This document shows positions 51,285 through 63,895 of a stretch of 64,000 nt of DNA, in pieces. Position numbers and translations under genes: made by a program. The notes beneath the pieces are model-generated. The model was not told where the DNA came from and did no database searches. It saw only the letters and a list, made by a program, of their open reading frames with translations. Within the stretch, counting starts at the first letter, position 1. Each line of letters begins with the position of its first letter. This DNA is from Antechinus flavipes (Eukaryota), in NCBI RefSeq assembly GCF_016432865.1, contig NC_067400.1:635066001-635130000 (forward strand), read 5' to 3'.

Positions 51285-51924
51285 GGTCCTGTGGGAAATG
51301 AGGAGACTGGGTAGGGCTTGTCGGCCCGCCTGGCCCGCCACACTGGCGAACGGGGCCCCGGAGGGGAGGGGGAAGGGGAGTTCTGGGAGAGGAGCCGGCC
51401 GGCTCGGACCAGACCGGCTGAGGTCAGAGCAAGGAGCCCCAGTTAGGGCACTGGGGCAGACCCAAGACAGCCAGACTCCAGCCCTCCCCGGGGCAAGGGG
51501 ACACACACCACTGGTAGGAAGTCCTCCCTAAGTGGCCACTTTGCAACTCGCCTCCAGGGCACTGGCTCAGCCCCCCACAGATAACTCTCTCCCGGGAAGA
51601 GGGTCCCCAGCCACGACCGACCTGTCGCTGACTTGACTACTCCCCTCTCCACAACTCTAACCCTAACCCTGACACCTTTGCACGGCTCACTCGAATCCAA
51701 TTCACGTGAAACAGGAAGAGTGGTTAGAAGGCGCTAAGTGCGAGTGGGGAGCTATGGGAATACAGGTGAGGTGCTGTTGTGAAGGTAGAAGGAAGGGCCC
51801 AACTTGGCAGTAGAATAGAAGGGAAGAGTCAAGGACACTGGTGTTATTCCACGTTTGAGCCCAGGGATGGATGGGCAGAAGGAACGAGGGTTAGACAGAA
51901 AGATGGAAGGAAGGGCCCAATTGC

Positions 51925-54490
51925 ATGGATGGATGGAAGGGTGGATGGATTGAAGCATAGACAGACGGTTGAATGAAGGGATCAGTGGAAGGATGGAGGA
52001 AAGGATGGATGGATAGATGGAAGAAAGGATGGTTGAATGATGATCAGTGGAAGGATGGAGGGAAAGATGGATGGATAGATGGAGAAAAGGATGGTTGGAT
52101 AGATGGAGGAAAGAATGGATGGATAGATGGAAGGATGGAAGAAAGGATGGGTAGATAGATGGAGGAAAGAATGGATGGATAAATGGAAGGATGGAGGAAA
52201 GGATGGTTGGATAGATGAAGAAAAGGATGGTTGGATAGATGGTTGAATGAATGGATCAGTGGAAGGATGGAGGAAAGGATGGATGGATAGATGGAGGAAA
52301 GGATGGTTGGATAGATGGTTAAATGAATGGATCAGTGGAAGGATGGAGGAAAGGATAGATGGCTAGAAGGATGGAAGAAAGGATGGGTGGACTGAAGGAT
52401 GGACAAATGGTTGAATGAATGATCAGTGGAAGGATGGAGGAAAAGATGGATGGATAGATGAAGGATGGAAGAAAGGATGGGTGGATAGATGGAGGAAAAA
52501 ATGGATGGATAGATGAAGGATGGAGGAAAGGATGGATGGATAGATGGAAGGATGGAAGAAAGAATGGGTAGATAGATGGAGGAAAGAATGGATGGATAAA
52601 TGGAAGGATGGAGGAAAGGATGGTTGGATAGATGAAGAAAAGGATGGTTGGATAGATGGTTGAATGAATGGATCAGTGGAAGGATGGAGGAAAGGATGGA
52701 TGGATAGATGGAGGAAAGGATGGTTGGATAGATGGTTGAATGAATGGATCAGTGGAAGGATGGAGGAAAGGATGGATAGATGGAGGAAAGGATGGTTGGA
52801 TAGATGGTTGAATGAATGGATTAGTGGAAGGATGGAGGAAAGGATGGATGGCTAGAAGGATGGAAGAAAGGATGGGTGGACTAAAGGATGGACAAATGGT
52901 TGAATGAATGATCAGTGGAAGGATGGAGGAAAAGATGGATGGATAGATGAAGGATGGAAGAAAGGATGGGTGGATAGATGGAGGAAAAAATGGATGGACA
53001 GATGAAGGATGGAGGAAAGGATGGATGGATAGATGGAAGGATGGAGGAAAGGATGGATGGATAGATGGAAGGATGGAGTAAAGGATGGATGGATAGATGA
53101 AGGATGGAAGAAAGGATGGGTGGATAGATGGAGGAAAAAATGAATGGATAGATGAAGGATGGAGTAAAGGATGGATGGATAGATGGAAGGATGGAGGAAA
53201 GGATGGATGGATAGATGGAAGGATAGAGGAAAGGATGGATGGATAGATGGAAGGATGGAAGAAAGGATGGGTGGACTGAAGGATGGACAGACGGTTGAAT
53301 GATCAGTGGAAGGATGGAGGAAAAGATGGATGGATAGATGAAGGATGGAAGAAAAGATGGGTGGATAGATGGAGGAAAAAATGGATGGATAGATGAAGGA
53401 TGGAGGAAAGGATGGATGGATAGATGGAAGGATGGAGGAAAGGATGGATGGATAGATGGAAGGATGGAGTAAAGGATGGATGGATAGATGAAGGATGGAA
53501 GAAAGGATGGGTGGATAGATGGAGGAAAAAATGGATGGATAGATGAAGGATGGAGTAAAGGATGGATGGATAGATGGAAGGATGGAGGAAAGGATGGATG
53601 GATAGATGGAAGGATAGAGGAAAGGATGGATAGATGGAAGGATGGAAGAAAGGATGGGTGGACTGAAGGATGGACAGACGGTTGAGTGATCAGTGGAAGG
53701 ATGGAGGAAAAGATGGATGGATAGATGAAGGATGGAAGAAAAGATGGGTGGATAGATGGAGGAAAAAATGGATGGATAGATGAAGGATGGAGGAAAGGAT
53801 GGATGGATAGATGGAAGGATGGAGGAAAGGATGGATGGATAGATGGAAGGATGGAGTAAAGGATGGATGGATAGATGAAGGATGGAAGAAAGGATGGGTG
53901 GATAGATGGAGAAAAAATGGATGGATAGATGAAGGATGGAGTAAAAGATGGATGGATAGATGGAAGGATGGAGGAAAGGATGGATGGATAGATGGAAGGA
54001 TAGAGGAAAGGATGGATGGATAGATGGAAGGATGGAAGAAAGGATGGGTGGACTGAAGGATGGGCAGACAGTTGAATGAATGATCAGTGGAAGGATGGAG
54101 GAAAAGATGGATGGATAGATGAAGAATGGAAGAAAGGATGGGTGGATAGATGAAGAAAAAAATGGATGGATAGATGAAGGATGGAGGAAAGGATGGATGG
54201 ATAGATGGAAAGATGGAGAAAAGGATGGTTGGATAGATGAAGAAAAGGATGGTTGGATAGATGGTTGAATGAATGGATCAGTGGAAGGATGGAGGAAAGG
54301 ATGGATGGATAGATGGAAGGATGGAGGAAAGGATGGATGGATAGATGGAAAGATGGAGAAAAGGATGGTTGGATAGATGAAGAAAAGGATGGTTGGAGAG
54401 ATGGTTGAATGAATGGATCAGTGGAAGGATGGAGGAAAGGATGGATGGATAGAAGGATGATCAATGAATTGATAAATGGATGGATGGAGG
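51925..54490. repeat. About 2.5-kb (GGAT/GGAA/AGAT)-rich low-complexity satellite
   Basis: Direct reading; recurring landmarks such as gatcagtggaaggatggagg. Confidence 0.95.
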
Positions 54491-55451
54491 AAAAGTTGGA
54501 TGAATGGAAGGGCTGTGATGGTGACCTCCAATCCTACCTCCAACAGCCTTTCAGACCTCTGGATGTCGGGTAGACATGGTACCCTCAGTGTCCAAGAGAT
54601 CTTCTCTTTCCTCCTGAGCCCTCCCCATTCCTCTACCTTCCCTATTTCTCTAGAAGGTACCACCAGGCTACATCCTCCCAGTTTTTCAGGCTCCCAACCT
54701 CTTCCAGTGACTCTATTGTCTCAAGATCAAGTGCAAGCCCCAGGGCTTGGCATTCCAAGCGCTTCCTGCCCGGCCCCACCCACTCTTCCTGCCTTTTACC
54801 CCGCCCGGGCCGCACCTCCCCAGGCACACACTGGCTGAGACATTCTCCGGGCTGGTCCCCCAGGCCTGGCCTTCCAGCCCCGGAAAGCCCCAGCCTCGGC
54901 CCCACCTTCTCTTTTCCCCGGGCCCAGCCCCTTTTAAGAGGCGCTCCAGTTAATCCTATCCAACTAAGGCTCTTGGCACCCATGAATTCGTGTTTTATTT
55001 CTCCCATTAGACGGGAAACAGCCGGAGGCCAGGGCCCTGTATTTGCAATTCTCGGGGATACCAGTGCTTAGCTCAACTTCCCGGCACACAGTAAGTGCCT
55101 AATAAATGCTGGCTGACTTAAGATCGGGCCAGTCACCTAACCTCAGAGCATTAGACCAAGGGGTGGAAACCCCTGGAGACCTGGGTCCTAAGCTCCGGAC
55201 AAGCCCTTCCCGGGTCTGGGCCTTCCGCACGAAAGGGCTGCAAGTCTGCTCCCTTCCAGACCCCCTTCCCCTCCCCCCAGTGAGGACCCGGCACGGCAGG
55301 GGGACTGGTCGTCGGGAAGCCTGGCCCGGCCCCACCGGACCCAGGGAGGGGGGAGGGCTCCGGCCTCCCGTGGGCCAAGGTCCTCCTAGCCTTCCACAGG
55401 CAGGGCCCGGGGCAGGCGCCCAGCTACCACGTCCCTGGCGGACGGACTTAC

Positions 55452-55472
55452 CTGGACAGGAAGCCTGGAAGA
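55452..55472 (-). CDS. Putative 21-nt microexon (phase 2 to phase 2; (S)LPGFLS)
   Basis: cctctcccctgcag acceptor and CAG|GTAAGT consensus donor. Confidence 0.55.
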
Positions 55473-55719
55473 CTGCAGGGGAGAGGCGCCGGTGCGACCT
55501 GGGGTGCGGACCTGTTTCTCAATAGCCCCCACCCCCACAGGCCTCCTCCCCGCCCGGCCCCACCCCACTGTCTCCCCCAGGCCAGGGCGGGGCCGGCCAG
55601 ACTCCCAAGCCCCGCCCCTGCGGCAGCTGCCTGCGGGGTCGGCGCTCCCCCCCACCCCCAGCCCCGGAACTGCCCGCAGGACGGTGCGCGGCCCCCACGC
55701 ATTCCCGACGGCACCCACG

Positions 55720-56100
55720 ACCTCCCGGGAGCTGGGAACTCGCAGCCCCCTGCCCCAGCCCCAAGGGCTCTGCGGGGGAGGGGCGGGGGCGAGGGGGGCG
55801 GGCGAGGGGGGCCGACCTCCCGGGAGCTGGGAACTCGCAGCCCCCTGCCCCAGCCCCAAGGGCTCTGCGGGGGAGGGGGGGGGCGAGGGGGGCCGACCTC
55901 CCGGAGCTGGGAACTCGCAGCCCCCTGCCCCAGCCCCAAGGGCTCTGCGGGGGAGGGGCGGGCGAGGGGGGCCGACCTCCCGGGAGCTGGGAACTCGCAG
56001 CCCCCTGCCCCAGCCCCAAGGGCTCTGCGGGGGAGGGGCGGGGGCGAGGGGGGCCGACCTCCCGGGAGCTGGGAACTCGCAGCCCCCTGCCCCAGCCCCA
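55720..56100. repeat. About 80-bp CpG/GC-box-rich minisatellite, about 5 units
   Basis: cctccc(g)ggagctgggaactcgcagccccctgccccagcccc anchor at about 55722, 55817, 55897, 55977 and 56058. Confidence 0.92.
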
Positions 56101-57182
56101 GAAGCCTCGGGCCCCTCACACCCCCTCTCGCTGCTCTGGGGAAGGGGCGGTCCCCGACGCTGACGTGGAGGGAAGCCTGGAGAACACCTGGAGGAGCCAG
56201 GACTGCCCAAGCAGCTTCTCTGCCCTAGCTGCTGCCAGGGGTGGAGGAGGGCTGCAGGGAGGGCCGCACAGAGCCCCGGGCCCTTCGGCGAGCCCCTCCT
56301 CCCTTGAGCTCAAACTCCCTTCAGCCCGTCACTTGTGTCCGGAGCACGCTGGGTGACCCTGGCCAAGTCACTCCCCCTCTGCCCGCCTTGGCCCCCACTT
56401 CTGCTGCCTTCTCCGCAAAGACCATCCGGTCGCCATCCTCGGGTTCCGGCCCCGAACTCTGGGGCTGCTTTAAAAGCCCTCATGGCCACTTGGCGTTGGC
56501 GGCCCTGCTCCTTCGGCCCCGCCCAGAGAAGCGCCTCTTATTGGAAAGAACTTGTAAAAGCAGCAGAAAAAACTTCAGCAAAGGTCAATGATTGAAAGAA
56601 TCCGGTCTTCCACCTCTGCTAAGGGGGCGACTTCTGGGGGTCAGGCTCCTCCACAGTCGGGCTGTGCTGGCGGGTCTTGTCCAGCGAGGCAGAGGCCCCC
56701 GAACCGCGGGTCCGGGTTCTAATGCTCCCCAGGCCTAACGCTGACCTGGCCATTTTTATCCTGGAGGTACTAGGGAGCCAGAGTTCCTGTAGGAGGCTGA
56801 GCGGGCAGCCAAGGGTTCTGAGATCCAATGGGGGCGGTGGGGAGGGTCCACTTCAGGATCTGCTGCTGCCTTTTGCTGCTCCTGCATCCCAGATCAGGGG
56901 AGCCCCAAGGGCTGTAACCCGATCCTATTGTCACTCAGGTAGGAGATCTCCAGGCCAGGCTTGGCCTGGCCACGGCCGCCAGCTCGGCCTTGTCAGCCTC
57001 AGTCAGGGATGCCCGGAACAACCTGCCGAGATCCAGAGCGGACTCAGTGGGGCTCCTGGCTCTCTGGCCTCCCCCCCCTCCCTCTCCCCAGCAGGCGCCC
57101 GGAACAACCTGCCGAGATCCAGAGTGCGCGCCTCCCCCGCCCCCCTTTCCCCACCCCCCTCCCCGCCTGCCGGGGCACCCAC

Positions 57183-57353
57183 CTGAGGCTCTGCAGCCGA
57201 CAGCCTGGCTGCAGCAGGCCCCGGCCCAGCAGCTTGGCGCCTTCCTCTCCCACGTGGCTGTCACTGAGGTCCAGCTGCCTCAGGCTGGGGCAGCTGCTCA
57301 GCACCAAGGCCAGCGTCTCACAGCCCAAACTGGTGAGCCCGCACATCTGGACC
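57183..57353 (-). CDS. RI-like LRR exon (NLRP/RNH1-type gene)
   Basis: 171 bp, phase 2-2, ag/gt; VQMCGLTSLGCETLALVLSSCPSLRQLDLSDSHVGEEGAKLLGRGLLQPGCRLQSL. Confidence 0.92.
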
Positions 57354-57754
57354 CTGCAGGGGGGAGAGACAGAGGGGGAGACGTGCAGGAGGGGGACAGC
57401 TGGGGGCCCGGACCGGAAGGGGCTCCCATTAGAAGGGGGTTGCTGGGGCCTGAAGGGACACTCTTGAACCCCAAGGTCTCTGCTATCTGCCCCAACCCTC
57501 GGAGCGTCTGCTCCTGCCCTGCCCTTCCCAGGGAAGCAGGCTCCTTTCCTTAGTGAAGCCGTCTCACCCTAGGAAGGATGTGGGACAGGACTGGAATGCC
57601 CAGCTTGGAGACTGGGAACCCCTGACCTCAGATCTCTTCCCAGCAAGGGGACATCCAGGAGCCAGTCACACTTCTGCATCTCAGAGTCCTATCAAATCCC
57701 CAAGATAACAGTATCTCTCCCCCTTCCATCATGTTGGTTGGAAGGGAAGGGGTG

Positions 57755-60700
57755 TAATAGTGAATGTAAATGGGCTGAACTCTCCCATAAGGTGGAAGCA
57801 GATCGCAGAATGAATTTAAAAAGAGAATCCTATAAAATGTTTATAACAGTCAGAGTAAAGGTAAAAGGCTGCTCCAGCTGAAATGAAAAAGAAGGGTAGC
57901 AAACCTGATCTTAGACAAGAAAAACAGATCTAATTAAAAGAGATAAGGAAGGAAGCTACAGCTTTCTAAAAGTTCCATTGACAATGCAGCGATATCACTA
58001 CTAAACCTATGCACCAAGTGGTATAGCATCCAAATTCTTAGGGGAAAAGTTAAGTCAGTTCCAGGAAGAAATAGACAGCAAAACTATACAAATACCTAGC
58101 ATTCCCCTCCTTCTCAGAACTAGATAAATCTAACCACAAAATAAACAAGAAAGAAGTTAAGGAAGTTAATGGGATTTTAGAAAAGTTAGATATGATTAAT
58201 AGACCTCAGGAGAAAACTGAATGGGGATAGAAAGGAAAGTAGCTTTTTTTCCAGCAGTGCATGGCATCTACACAAAAACTGACAGAAAAATCTCACAACT
58301 AAATGCAGAAAGGCAGAAATGTCAAATGCATCCTTTTCAGAACATGATGCATAAAAAACAAAATGACATGCAGTAAAGGGCCATGAAAAGATAGACTTAA
58401 AAATTAATTGGACATTAAACAATCTAATCCTAAAGAATTCCAAACAAACGATCAATAAAACAATCAAAACAAAAAACAGTTTCATACAAGAGAAAGCCAA
58501 TACTGAGACAAATGTACCAAAATTTATGGGATGCAGCCAAAGCAACTGTTAGGAGAAATTTTATATCTCTAAATGTTTACATGAGTAAAACAGAGAAAGA
58601 GGAGCTCAATGAATTGGGCCTGCAATTTAAAAAGCTAGAAAAAGAACAAATTAAGAATTCCCAATTAAATACCAAATTAGAAAATCTAAAACTAAAAGGA
58701 GAAATCAATAAAATTAAAAGTAAGTAAACTACTGAACTAATGAATAAAACTAAGAACTGGTTTAATAAGGGGGAAAAAAAGAATAAAATAGAGAAAACTT
58801 TAAAAAATGAAATATCAAATTACCAGTATCAAAAATGAAAAAGGTGAATTGATCACAATAAAGAGTAAATTAAAATAATAACTGGGAGCTATTTTGCCCA
58901 ACTGTGTGCCAATAAATCTGACAATCTAAGTGAAATGGGTGAATATTTACAAAAATATAAATTGCCAGATTAAAGAAATAAAATACTTAAATAACCCCAT
59001 TTTAGACAAAGAAATTAAGCAAGCCACCGATGAACAACCTAAGAAAGAACCTTCAGGACCAGATAGATTCTATCCAAACATTTAAAGAACAATAAATTCC
59101 AATATTATATAAACTATTTGAAAAAGAATGAGCAACGGTGTTCCACCACAAATGGTGCCGATATCTGTATCAGGAAAAGCCAAAACAGAGAAAGAAAATT
59201 ACAGACCAAATTCCTTAATGAATATTGATGCAAAAAAAAATTTTTAAGATATTAACAAAGACATTATAGCAAATTATCATCGGGATAATACACTAGGACC
59301 ATGTGGGATTTATAATAGGAATGCAGGGTCACTTCAATATTAAGAAAACTATCAGCATAATGGACCATATCTATAGCAAAACCAACAGAAATCATGTGAC
59401 TAATATAATATATACAGAAAAAGCCTTTGACAAAATATAGCACCCATTCCTATTAAAAATACTAAAGATCACAGAAATAAATAGAATTTTCCTTAAAATG
59501 AGAGGTAGTATCTATCTAAAAAAATCAGCAAGCATTATATGTAATGGGAATAAGCTAGAAGACTTCCAAATAAGATCAGGGATGAAACAAGGATGCCTAT
59601 TATCACCACTACTATTCAATATTGTATTAGAAATTTTAGCTTTAAGAATAAGAAAGAAAAAGAAATTAAGTAATTAGAATAGACAATGAAAAAATAAAAC
59701 TATTATTCTTTGCAAATTATATGATGGTATACTTAGAGAATCGACTAAAAATTACTTGAAATAATTAACCATTTTAGCAAAATTGCAGAATATAAAATAA
59801 ATCCACATAAATCATCAACATTTCTGATTACAAACAAAACCCAACAACAGGAAATAGAAAATTTTCATTTAAAATAACTATAGACAATATAAAATATTTG
59901 AGAGTCTGTTTGCTAAGACAAACCTGAAATCTATGAAGACACAAAGCACTTTTCACACAAATAAGTCAGATCTAAATAATTGGAAAAATATTGATTGCTA
60001 ATGGATAGACTGAGATAATATAAGAAAAATGATAATTCTACCTAAATTAATTTATTCAGTTCCATACTAATCAAACTGCCAAAAAATATTTTATAAAGCT
60101 AGAAAAAAACAATAACAAAATTCATCTGGAAAAATAAAAGCTCAAGAAAAAATACAAAGGAAGGGGGCCTAGCCATACCAAATCTAAAATCATATTATAA
60201 AATGAAAAGTGATAATCACCAAAACTATTTGGTACTGGCCAAGAAATAGTGATGGATTACCAGAATGGGATAGGTACACAAGACACAATAATCAATTACT
60301 ATAGTGATCTAGTGTTTGATAAACCCAAAGACTCCACTTTCTGGAATAAAAACTCACTGTTTGATAAAAACTGCTGAGTAAACTGAATAGCATGACAGAA
60401 ATTGGGCATAGACCAATGACTTATATTGTATACCAAGATAAGGTCAAAAAGAGTCCATTATTTATATATAAAGAGTGACACAATATGTAATGGGCTGAGG
60501 CTTGAGTTGATGCACTGAGGTCCCAAGCACGTGAGGCTAAATAGTAATTGGACCATACTCTATTAATATATATGCTTGGAGAAAGAATGGCCCCCGCCCA
60601 CTCTTTAATGTGATGACCCCGTATTTAAAATCAGCCGGAGTCAGGAATTCAGGTTAAGGGAAAAATCTTCAATCTTTATTCTCAGTAGAGATGAAGAAGG

Positions 60701-62060
60701 ATTGAGATAGCAATATGGGCAGACAGGAAGCCAGCTAGCAGAGGGGGATTGGAGGTGAAGGGCGGTCATGATATTAATAGAGTATGGTCCAATTACTATT
60801 TAGCCTCAAGTGTTTGGGACCTCAGTGCATCAACTCAAGCCCCAGCCCATTACAACAATAAGCAAATTAGGAGAATAAAGAATAATTTACCTGTCAGATC
60901 TATGGAGAAGGAAAGAATTTATAACCAAACAAATTCAGAGAACATTACGAAATGCAAAATAGATCATTTTGATTACATTAAATTAAAAAGATTTTGCACA
61001 AACGGAGCCAATGCAGCCAAGACTAGAAGGGAAGCAGAAAGCTGGAGAACAATTTTTGCAGCCAACATTTCTGATAAAGGTTTCATTTCTCAAATATATA
61101 GAGAAGAGAGTCAAATTTATAAGAATTCGAATCATTCCTCAGTTCATAAATGGTATATTTATGGATATGAAGTAGTTTGCAGATGAAGAATTAAAGCTAT
61201 CACCTCACATCTCACACCTATCAGTCAGCTAATATGATAGGAAAGGAAAATGATAAATGCTGGAGGGGACATGGGAAAATTGGAATAATAATACCTTGTT
61301 GGTAGAATTGCGAATTGATCCTACCATTCTGAAGAGCAATTTGGAACTATACCCAGAAGGCTGTAAAACTGTGGATCCAACAGTGTTTCCACTGGGTCTC
61401 TATCCCAAAGAGATCATCAAAAAAGGAAAAAGGACTGCCGTGCAAAAATGTCTCTAGCAGCTCTTTTTGTAGCGGCAAAGAAATGGAAACTGAGGGGACG
61501 CCCATCAGTTGGAGGATGGCTGAACAAGTTACAGTACATGAAGGTTATGGAACATTATTGTTCTACAAGAAGCGAGCAGCAGGATGATTTCAGAGAGGCC
61601 GGAGAGACCTACAGGACTTGATGCTGAGGGAAGAGAGAACCAGGAGGACACTGAATGCAGCAACATCAACATCGTGCAATGACCATCTCTGACAGATTGA
61701 GCTCCTCTCAGCAATACAGTGATTCAAGACAATTCCAAAGGACTCATGGTGGCAAATACAAGCCACACCCAGAGAAAGCCCTCTGGAGTCTGATCACAGA
61801 CTGAATGGGGTCTGATCACAGGCTGAACAGGCTCTCTTTGTTGGGGGGGAGGTGTTCTTGTGCTTTTCCCCTTTGCTGATTCTTTGTTCAAACATGTTTA
61901 CATATGAGTCTACAAGTGAAAATGTTTAAATGCGCTTCTACATGTATAACCTGTGTCAGATCGCTCGCTGCCTAGGGAGGAAGGAGAGAGAAAAAATGGA
62001 AATTGAAATCTTAGAAAAGTGAATGGTGAAAACTATTGACACAGCAATGGAAAAAAATAA
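57755..62060 (+). mobile_element. Degenerate L1 ORF2 plus 3' UTR in the LRR-gene intron
   Basis: Starts with endonuclease motif NVNGLNSPI; RT-region remnants (QGCLLSPLLFNIVLE-like); many stops. Confidence 0.92.
60486..60854. mobile_element. Fold-back LTR-derived element with 84-bp terminal inverted repeats and 6-bp TSD
   Basis: 60486-60569 is the reverse complement of 60771-60854 (81/84 identical); TSD acaata at 60480-60485 and 60855-60860; L1 is continuous across the site. Confidence 0.92.
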
Positions 62061-62309
62061 GATACAATTAAGTGACTGCAATGGAGGCTGCAAGTTGGTG
62101 CCATTCATCAACGGCAGGCCCCGGGTGCTCAGTGCAAAGACCTGACACTCCAGAGCAAATCCCCTGAAATCCTGCTTCTCACCCTGCCGGAGAAGCCAAA
62201 AAGGTCGGGGTGACGGGAGTGAAGGCTGCAAAATAGGCCATTCTACTGCTGCAATCTGGTCCCCAATGGGCCTGAGAAACTAATTAATTAGGAAATGCAG
62301 AGGGAGGCA

Positions 62310-62975
62310 GAAAGAAGGAGAAAGAAGAGGGAAAAAGAAAGTGAAAGAGGGAGAAGAAAGAAAGTGAAAGAGTGGGGAGAAAGAAGGTGAAAGAGGGGGG
62401 AAAAAAGGTGAAAGGGGGGAGAAAGAAAGTGAAAAGGGGGAGAAAGAAGGTGAAAGAGGGGGGAGAAAAAAGGTGAAAGGGGGGAGAAAGAAGGTGAAAG
62501 GGGGGAGAAAGAAAGTGAAAGGAGGAAGAAAGGTGAAAGAGGAGGGAGAAAAAAGGTGAAAGGGGGGAGAAAGAAAGTGAAAAGGGGGAGAAAGAAAGTG
62601 AAAGGAGGAAGAAAGGTGAAAGAGGGGGGAGAAAAAAGGTGAAAGGGGGGAGAAAGAAGGTGAAAGAGGGGGAAGAAAGAAGGTGAAAGGGGGGAGAAAA
62701 AAGTGAAAAGGGGGGAGAAAAAAGTGAAAGGAGGAAGAAAGGTGAAAGAGGGGGGAAAAAAAGGTGAAAGGGGGGAGAAAGAAAGTGAAAGAGGGGAGAA
62801 AGAAGGTGAAAGAGGGGAGAAAGAAGGTGAAAGGGGGGAGAAAGAAAGTGAAAGGAGGAAGAAAGGTGAAAGAGGGGGGAGAAAAAAGGTGAAAGGGGGG
62901 AGAAAGAAAGTGAAAAGGGGGAGAAAGAAGGTGAAAGAGGGGGGAGAAAGAAGATGAAAGGGGGAGGGCAAGGGA
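62310..62975. repeat. Purine-rich degenerate repeat of about 20 bp (gaaaggtgaaagggggga...)
   Basis: Direct reading. Confidence 0.9.
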
Positions 62976-63518
62976 GAAAAAGAGCCGGAAAGGGGCCCTT
63001 TCTCTTGCCCCTGTGCACCAAGGGGTAGGTGGATGATGTCTGGGCGTCCATAGGGCCGGAGCAATTGCCAGGCAAGAAAGGCAAAGTGGAGGCCCCACAG
63101 AGAGCCGGAGCAGACTCTGCTGAGGAGGAAGACCCGCCTGGGAACACCCGAGGAAGGTCTGAGGCGGTGGGCAGCCCACGGGGGAGTGGCCGGTCCCCAG
63201 GTCTCCCTGCGCCCCACGGAGGAGTTGTTCAGGGTTCAGAAGAAGGAAGTTGGGACAAGAGGGACCTCAAAGAAACCTGTCAACCTGGACAAGAGAAGGC
63301 TGGGGGTTAGGGGGAAGAGGAGGTCTCTCATCTGAGGGTTCAAGGTCAACAAGGGGGATGGAGAACACAGAATAAGTCTCTGCCCTTCCTAAGGGAACCT
63401 GTGGAAGTTCTTGCTGCTCCCTCCTCCTGATGTGGTGGTCCGCTCAGGCCCTCAGATCTGCTTTGGGGGCTTCTGTCTTGTACAACTGGCTGTCTCCCCA
63501 GGGCCAGGGGACACTCAC

Positions 63519-63689
63519 TTCAGCTCCTGCACCTTACAGTTGGGGTGCCTCAGGCCCCGAGCCAGCTCCTGAATCCCCACGTCTTCCAGGTCATTGCCAC
63601 TGAGGAGCAGGGACTCGATGGCGTTGGAGGCGCTTAGGACGGAGGAGATGCTGGCACAGCAGGCGTGGGTAAGGCGGCAGTTGGCCAGG
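63519..63689 (-). CDS. RI-like LRR exon (NLRP/RNH1-type gene)
   Basis: 171 bp, phase 2-2; LANCRLTHACCASISSVLSASNAIESLLLSGNDLEDVGIQELARGLRHPNCKVQEL. Confidence 0.95.
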
Positions 63690-63895
63690 CTGCAGGGCAG
63701 GGGCACCCGAAGGTCAGGGGTGGGCAGGGCAGCGAGCAGCCCCGGGGCCAGACCGGGGGGGGGCCCAAATGCCCTGGCATCCTCCCCAGGGGCACCGGGC
63801 CTGGGCAGCCCAGAAAGCCAGCACAGACCCCACTGCCCAGCAGGCTCTGGCCCCTTGCTCCCCTCCCCAAAGCCGCCCGGAGGGTCTCGGCTTAC

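Noticed and set aside
56619-56828. LQELWL-containing ORF as another LRR exon
   Set aside because: No LRR pattern beyond six residues; the phase-2 entry at the cctacag acceptor stops after about 10 codons. Kept only as a possible alternative terminal exon
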